DNA of 64,000 bases from Clostridia bacterium (GTDB taxonomy: Bacteria; Bacillota; Clostridia; Saccharofermentanales; UBA5734): assembly GCA_040772685.1 (NCBI GenBank), contig JAXGXQ010000002.1:48798-112797 (forward strand). The letters run 5' to 3'. Shown in pieces: positions 59,018 to 64,000 of this stretch. The position numbers were made by a program, and so were the translations under genes. The notes beneath the pieces were generated by a model. It did no database searches. It was not told the DNA's origin and was given only the letters and a program-made list of their open reading frames with translations. Positions within the stretch are counted from its first letter, which is position 1, and the number at the start of each line of letters is the position of its first letter.

Positions 59018-61483
59018 ATGGATTTATTTGACCAGATAATTGATAATAACAATAATACCCCCGCGGCAGCTGCTGAAAGCTCAGCAGCCAGCAACTGCAG
59101 CCCCTGGGTGGATCAAGCAGGTAATAACTCCTTGGTAACACCGCAACAGCTGTTAGCCGGCCTTAACCCGCAGCAGGCTGAAGCTGTTCGCCACGACCAG
59201 GGCCCTTTATTAATTCTGGCTGGTGCCGGTTCCGGTAAAACCCGGGTGATAACGCACCGCATTGCCTGGCTGGTCCAGGTTCTGGGTGTGCGTCCTGCGC
59301 AGATTCTGGCGATAACCTTTACCAATAAAGCTGCCGCCGAGATGAAATCGCGGATTCAGGATTTGATCGGCAATCGTGTCCTCACCATGTGGGTTGGTAC
59401 TTTCCATGCCATGATGATTCGGGTTTTGCGCCGATTTGCCGACCGCCTGGGCTTTGATCGCAGTTTCACCATTATTGACAGCGAGGATCAAGTTAAGGTG
59501 ATCAGGGCTTGTTTAAGTGAATTGCGAATCGATGAAAAGGTGTTTCAGCCTAAAAGCGTGCACGGTCAAATCGGCAGCTGGAAAAATGCGCTGATCAACC
59601 TGGAAGATGCGCGCCAGATTGCCGGCAGTGATTACCGGCTCAGCCGGATTGCTGAAGTGTACAACCTGTATCAAGATAAACTGCTGAAAAGCAACAGCAT
59701 GGACTTTGACGACATTCTGGTATTCGCAGTGCGCCTGCTGGAACAAAATAAAGATGTTCTGACTGAATATCAGGACCGTTTCCGTTACATTCTGGTTGAC
59801 GAGTATCAGGATACCAATCACGCGCAGTACCGACTGGTAAGCATGCTTTCAGCCCGCCATGGCAACTTGTGCGTTGTCGGCGACGATGATCAGTCGATCT
59901 ATAGTTTCCGCGGCGCCAACATTCAGAATATTCTTGATTTCGAAAAGGATTTCCCCACTTGCAAGGTAATAAAACTGGAACAAAATTACCGTTCCACAAA
60001 AACCATTCTGGAAGCAGCCAATGAAGTTATCCGCTTCAATAAAGGCCGTAAGAGAAAGCAGTTGTGGACTAGCTCTGATGCAGGTGAGCGGATTACTTTT
60101 TACCGGGCAGAAAACCAAAATGAGGAAGGGCATTACATTGCCAGCGAAATTTCACGCCTTTGCCGCAGCGGTGAACAATCTTACCGTGATATTGCGATTC
60201 TTTACCGGCTGAATGCCTTGTCACGTTCACTGGAATTCTCCCTGCGTGACCGAGGGGTTCCTTACAAGATCTTCGGTGGCACACGCTTTTTTGACCGGCG
60301 GGAAATTAAAGACGTGCTGGCATATTTGCGGCTCGTGCTTACGCCAGAGGACGATTTGTCTTTTGACCGCATCATCAATCAGCCGCGTCGCGGGATTGGT
60401 GATGTAACGCTGGAGTTGGTCAGCCAAAGCGCTGCGCAATTGGGAATCAGTAAGCTTGCTGTTTGCGAGCGGGCGCTGGAACTGCCTGATCTGGGGCGTA
60501 ATGCCGGCAAGCTGAAAGGCTTTGCCGAATTGATCGCCGGCCTGCGCGGGCATTTGCTGGAAGGTGAGTACTCCCTTGCCGAATTCATTGAATTAGTTGA
60601 AGCTGAATCGGGCTTAATCGACGACCTGCTGAATGAGCAGCAAAAATCCCGGCTGGAGACAGTTGACCGGGTGGAAAACCTCAAAGAGCTTTTATCGGAC
60701 GCGCTGGAATTCACAAATACTCTGGCAGAATTCCGCAACAGTATCGAGGATGGAGAAGCGGCTGAACTGGCACCGGAGGATCAGGATCTGCTGGCTGAAA
60801 CCTTGCCGGACCAATTAAGTGCCTTCCTGGAAAGAGCCGCGCTGTTTTCCGAAATTGATGTTGACAATGATGATAATAATTATGTCAGATTAATGACCAT
60901 CCACAGCGCTAAGGGCCTGGAATTCAGCACGGTATTCCTGGTTGGCGCCGAAGAAGGAATTTTCCCGGGATACCGCTCGCTGGGCAGTGAATCTGAACTT
61001 GAAGAAGAGCGGCGCCTTGCTTACGTAGCGATAACCCGGGCGAGAGAACGCTTGTTTATAACAACGGCCCGTACCAGACTGCTTTTTGGCCAAACCCAGA
61101 TGATGCCGGTTTCACGCTTTATTTGCGATATTCCCGGTGAATATGTGGAAGAGTTTGGCGGTCCCCGTGTGGAAGGCCGCGCTGCCCAGGGCGGAGACGG
61201 CGAAGCGGCAGGCGGCTCCGTTGCCTTTAGCAAAAAAGCAACAAAAGGGTTTGCCGGCCTGGAAAGCTTTGCCAGCAGATCTGGCAGCACAGGTGCAAAA
61301 CCGGCCAAAGGGCTTGATCCCAATTTAGTGCGTAAAGGCGACACAGTTAAACACGCGCGTTTTGGCATCGGTAAAGTAAAGTCGGTAGATCCGGTAGCAG
61401 GAGACGCTATTTTAACTATTCACTTTGACGCGGCTGGAATTAAGCGGATGATGGCTCGCCAGGCGCCGCTCGAACTGGTATAG
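59018..61483 (+). CDS. pcrA: ATP-dependent DNA helicase PcrA/UvrD
   Basis: AGAGSGKT, TFTNKAA, VDEYQD, GDDDQSIY, QNYRS, TIHSAKGLEF, EERRLAYVAITRA, C-terminal Tudor-like domain; SD gaggagg before ATG 59018. Confidence 0.95.
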   Translation: MDLFDQIIDNNNNTPAAAAESSAASNCSPWVDQAGNNSLVTPQQLLAGLNPQQAEAVRHDQGPLLILAGAGSGKTRVITHRIAWLVQVLGVRPAQILAITFTNKAAAEMKSRIQDLIGNRVLTMWVGTFHAMMIRVLRRFADRLGFDRSFTIIDSEDQVKVIRACLSELRIDEKVFQPKSVHGQIGSWKNALINLEDARQIAGSDYRLSRIAEVYNLYQDKLLKSNSMDFDDILVFAVRLLEQNKDVLTEYQDRFRYILVDEYQDTNHAQYRLVSMLSARHGNLCVVGDDDQSIYSFRGANIQNILDFEKDFPTCKVIKLEQNYRSTKTILEAANEVIRFNKGRKRKQLWTSSDAGERITFYRAENQNEEGHYIASEISRLCRSGEQSYRDIAILYRLNALSRSLEFSLRDRGVPYKIFGGTRFFDRREIKDVLAYLRLVLTPEDDLSFDRIINQPRRGIGDVTLELVSQSAAQLGISKLAVCERALELPDLGRNAGKLKGFAELIAGLRGHLLEGEYSLAEFIELVEAESGLIDDLLNEQQKSRLETVDRVENLKELLSDALEFTNTLAEFRNSIEDGEAAELAPEDQDLLAETLPDQLSAFLERAALFSEIDVDNDDNNYVRLMTIHSAKGLEFSTVFLVGAEEGIFPGYRSLGSESELEEERRLAYVAITRARERLFITTARTRLLFGQTQMMPVSRFICDIPGEYVEEFGGPRVEGRAAQGGDGEAAGGSVAFSKKATKGFAGLESFASRSGSTGAKPAKGLDPNLVRKGDTVKHARFGIGKVKSVDPVAGDAILTIHFDAAGIKRMMARQAPLELV

Positions 61484-61498
61484 GCGCTATGCTATAAT
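61470..61498 (+). promoter_or_regulatory. Putative sigma-A promoter of the DUF362 gene
   Basis: TCGAAC, 17 nt, TATAAT with an extended -10 TG. Confidence 0.5.
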
Positions 61499-61529
61499 TG
61501 CCAAAACGCCAGCCAACAGGAGCATTTTC

Positions 61530-62723
61530 ATGACTCAACTAGTAATTATCCGCTGCGATGACTATATCCCAACCCAGATCCGCTCCGGGCTGCATTTGGC
61601 TTTCGAAGCATTAAAGGTGCCGACAGCTTTCACAACCGGCGAAAAAATCCTGATTAAGCCTAACCTGCTTTCAGCTGTCACACCGGATTTAGCTGTTACG
61701 CCACACCCGGCAGTATTTCGCGGTCTGGTGCAGAACTTGCAGCCTCTTGGGCTTAAGCTGAGTGTTGGCGACTCGCCTGCTGTCGATACTCCCGAACGCG
61801 CATTGCGCCAAAGCGGGATTGCTGCTGTTGCCGCCGAAATGGGTGTTGAAGCCGCTGATTTTGTCAATTCTGTAGAGATCGATTTCAGCGAGGGCATCAT
61901 GCTGCGCCATTTCTCACTCGCTGCCGGAGTAGCCGCAGCCGATGGTGTAGTCAGTCTTTCTAAACTAAAAACTCATGCGCTGACAGGCATGACCGGTGCC
62001 ATCAAAAATACTTTTGGTGTAATTCCCGGTCAGCGCAAGGCCAAGCACCATGTCCAGTTTCCTGAAGTCAGCAATTTTTCTCAAATGCTGGTCGATATTA
62101 ATCGTTTTGTCGAGCCGCGCCTGTTTGTAATGGACGCGATAGTCGGTATGGAAGGCAATGGTCCGCGTAATGGCAAACCGCGTTTTATTGGCTTATTGTT
62201 TGCTTCGCTTGACCCCGTGCTGCTGGACGCTTTTGCCGCCAGCATTATTGGCTTTGATCCTTCCAGTATCGAGACAATCTATCTCGGAGACGCTTACGGA
62301 CTGGGAAGCCTGGATCTGGAACAGGCGCCGGCAATACTCTACGATTTGCGCGATGGCCAGGCGGCAGCTGAGCGCGAACGACGCGGTTCAGCTGCAGATT
62401 TTGCCGCCGAGCTTTGTATACCTGACTTTGACACCCGCCAGGGACATACTTCCATGATGGGGGTTTTGTCTCGTTTTGGCGGACCGCTGGCCAAGCGGAT
62501 TCTGCTGGACAGACCTTATATTGTGAATGAGAAATGCACCCGCTGTGGCCTTTGCACCCGGGCTTGCCCGCTGCCGGAAGCCGCCGTCAGGCAAAAACGC
62601 CGTGACCAGGTGCCTAAATACGATTATGGCCGTTGCATCCGCTGCTACTGCTGCCAGGAAGTCTGCCCCACAGGTGCGATCAGGGTACGCCGCACATTGC
62701 TTGGAAGGCTGACCAGGCGCTGA
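61530..62723 (+). CDS. DUF362 domain protein with C-terminal 2x[4Fe-4S] ferredoxin domain
   Basis: LIKPNL, GDSP, KLKTH..TGAIKN.FG, MEGNGP; CTRCGLC...CP and CIRCYCC...CP. Confidence 0.9.
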   Translation: MTQLVIIRCDDYIPTQIRSGLHLAFEALKVPTAFTTGEKILIKPNLLSAVTPDLAVTPHPAVFRGLVQNLQPLGLKLSVGDSPAVDTPERALRQSGIAAVAAEMGVEAADFVNSVEIDFSEGIMLRHFSLAAGVAAADGVVSLSKLKTHALTGMTGAIKNTFGVIPGQRKAKHHVQFPEVSNFSQMLVDINRFVEPRLFVMDAIVGMEGNGPRNGKPRFIGLLFASLDPVLLDAFAASIIGFDPSSIETIYLGDAYGLGSLDLEQAPAILYDLRDGQAAAERERRGSAADFAAELCIPDFDTRQGHTSMMGVLSRFGGPLAKRILLDRPYIVNEKCTRCGLCTRACPLPEAAVRQKRRDQVPKYDYGRCIRCYCCQEVCPTGAIRVRRTLLGRLTRR

Positions 62724-62746
62724 CCGCATATCAAGGAGGGAAGCAC

Positions 62747-63877
62747 ATGTTGCCTCGAGAACTTCGCGAAGAACATGAAAAACTGCTGAGCCCATTTGCC
62801 TGCCAAAGTGTAAATTCCCGCGGCCGTCTGAAGCCGGACGAGCCCTGCACAGTCCGTACAGTTTTCGAACGCGATGCCGGCAGAATCATCTACTCACTGG
62901 AATTCCGGCGTCTGCGCCACAAAACCCAGGTCTTTTTTGACCCGCAAAACGATCATATCTGTACCAGAATGGAGCATGTAATCCAAGTTAATTACATAGC
63001 CAACACAATCGGCAGGGCGCTTAATCTCAATGGTGACCTGATCGAAGCGATTGCCCTGGGGCACGATCTGGGACACGCTCCCTTCGGCCATACCGGCGAA
63101 AAAACTTTGCATAAATGCCTGAACGCTTCCGTACCGGAACGCATTTTTGAGCATGAGCGCCATGGACTGCGGGTAATCGACCAGCTGGCCAGGCGCCATG
63201 GCAAGCATCAGGGACTTAATCTCAGCTTCGAAGTCCGTGACGGCATTTCCAATCATTGCGGCGAAACCTACGACGAATATGTGCTGGTACCGGATCGCAA
63301 TAAACCAACTGACAGTCTGGGCAGTGCCTCAGCCGGAACCAGTATGCCTGCTACGCTTGAAGCCTGTGTAGTCCGGGTCGCCGACAAAATCGCCTATGTC
63401 GGCCGTGATATTGAAGACGCCGCCCGTGCAGGCATCATGGAGTTCGGTGATATCCCGCCCGCGATCCAGACCGAGCTTGGCCGTACCAATGGCCAGATCA
63501 TCAACACGCTGGTTACGGATATAATCGAAAACAGCCACAATCAGGACGCAATCATACTCAGCCGGGAACGTGGGGAAATGATGCGTCAGCTTCTTGATGC
63601 CAATGTTAAGCGGATCTATCGCTCAGAGAAAATCAAGCGCTATGAAACCATGGTTGAAAATGTGCTGGAGGGATTGTTTGAAGCCCTGATGCTGGCGCTC
63701 GAAGATCGCGAACGGCTCCAAAGCAGCACAAACAGGGTTTACCAGGGGTTGCTCAAGTTCATGACCGAACGCGATTATCCAACAGAAGAACCCAACGCCC
63801 AAATCGTCACGGATTATATAGCCGGCATGACAGATACCTACGCCACGCGTTGTTTTGAGGATCTCTACTGGTTCTGA
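62747..63877 (+). CDS. dGTP triphosphohydrolase-like HD-domain protein
   Basis: FERD..RI..S..FRRL..KTQV, TRMEH, GHDLGHAPFGH.GE, ADKIAY, DYIAGMTD; SD aaggagg. Confidence 0.9.
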   Translation: MLPRELREEHEKLLSPFACQSVNSRGRLKPDEPCTVRTVFERDAGRIIYSLEFRRLRHKTQVFFDPQNDHICTRMEHVIQVNYIANTIGRALNLNGDLIEAIALGHDLGHAPFGHTGEKTLHKCLNASVPERIFEHERHGLRVIDQLARRHGKHQGLNLSFEVRDGISNHCGETYDEYVLVPDRNKPTDSLGSASAGTSMPATLEACVVRVADKIAYVGRDIEDAARAGIMEFGDIPPAIQTELGRTNGQIINTLVTDIIENSHNQDAIILSRERGEMMRQLLDANVKRIYRSEKIKRYETMVENVLEGLFEALMLALEDRERLQSSTNRVYQGLLKFMTERDYPTEEPNAQIVTDYIAGMTDTYATRCFEDLYWF

Positions 63878-63955
63878 CAATAATTGCGTTCACAAAGGAC
63901 AGGCTTCACGATCGGATCACACAAAAGGAAATCAAGCTCCGAGGGGAGGAACTTA

Positions 63956-64000
63956 ATGCAGCATCATTTTTTTGCCATGATCAGCCGCATGCGCTATATC
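63956..64000 (+). CDS. 5' end of a YfbR-like 5'-deoxynucleotidase (truncated by window)
   Basis: SD ggagg, then MQHHFFAMISRMRYI, matching the typical HFFA..SR...I N terminus of YfbR. Confidence 0.65.
   Translation, partial: MQHHFFAMISRMRYI

Overview
A chromosomal window from a Gram-positive anaerobe, most likely Clostridia. This is inferred from the PPKTG sortase anchor, long HPF, PcrA, the nfeD-floA operon, CarD and Firmicute-type SD sites. No rRNA, tRNA, CRISPR array, integrase or transposase is recognisable. In order, the window holds: the 3' part of a giant sortase-anchored protein made of 336-bp Spy0128/FctA-like repeats (locally frameshifted); carD and a class A PBP; a GntR-epimerase-SDR operon; an NCS2 permease; nfeD-floA-yqfB-like; RpiB, Fe-ADH and LUD genes; an Lnr/Yfi-like ABC exporter divergent from a two-component system and a second ABC exporter; a ketopantoate reductase, azlCD, nfo and the carboxyspermidine pair; an ndh2-dmkB-dmkA-like trio; two back-to-back complete 2-oxoacid/acetoin dehydrogenase-type clusters, each with its own SDR and GntR; a lipoprotein CotH kinase-VTC-DUF4956 operon; gap, hpf, pcrA, DUF362-Fe-S, a dGTPase-like gene and the start of yfbR. 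The best candidate for a poorly understood system is the CotH-VTC-DUF4956 module, a possible polyphosphate-synthesis/export-coupled cell-surface kinase. Next come the mirrored dehydrogenase clusters, the minimal Listeria-type electron-transfer core and a euglenozoan/spirochete-type GAPDH. All family calls rest on motif recognition; no searches were run.
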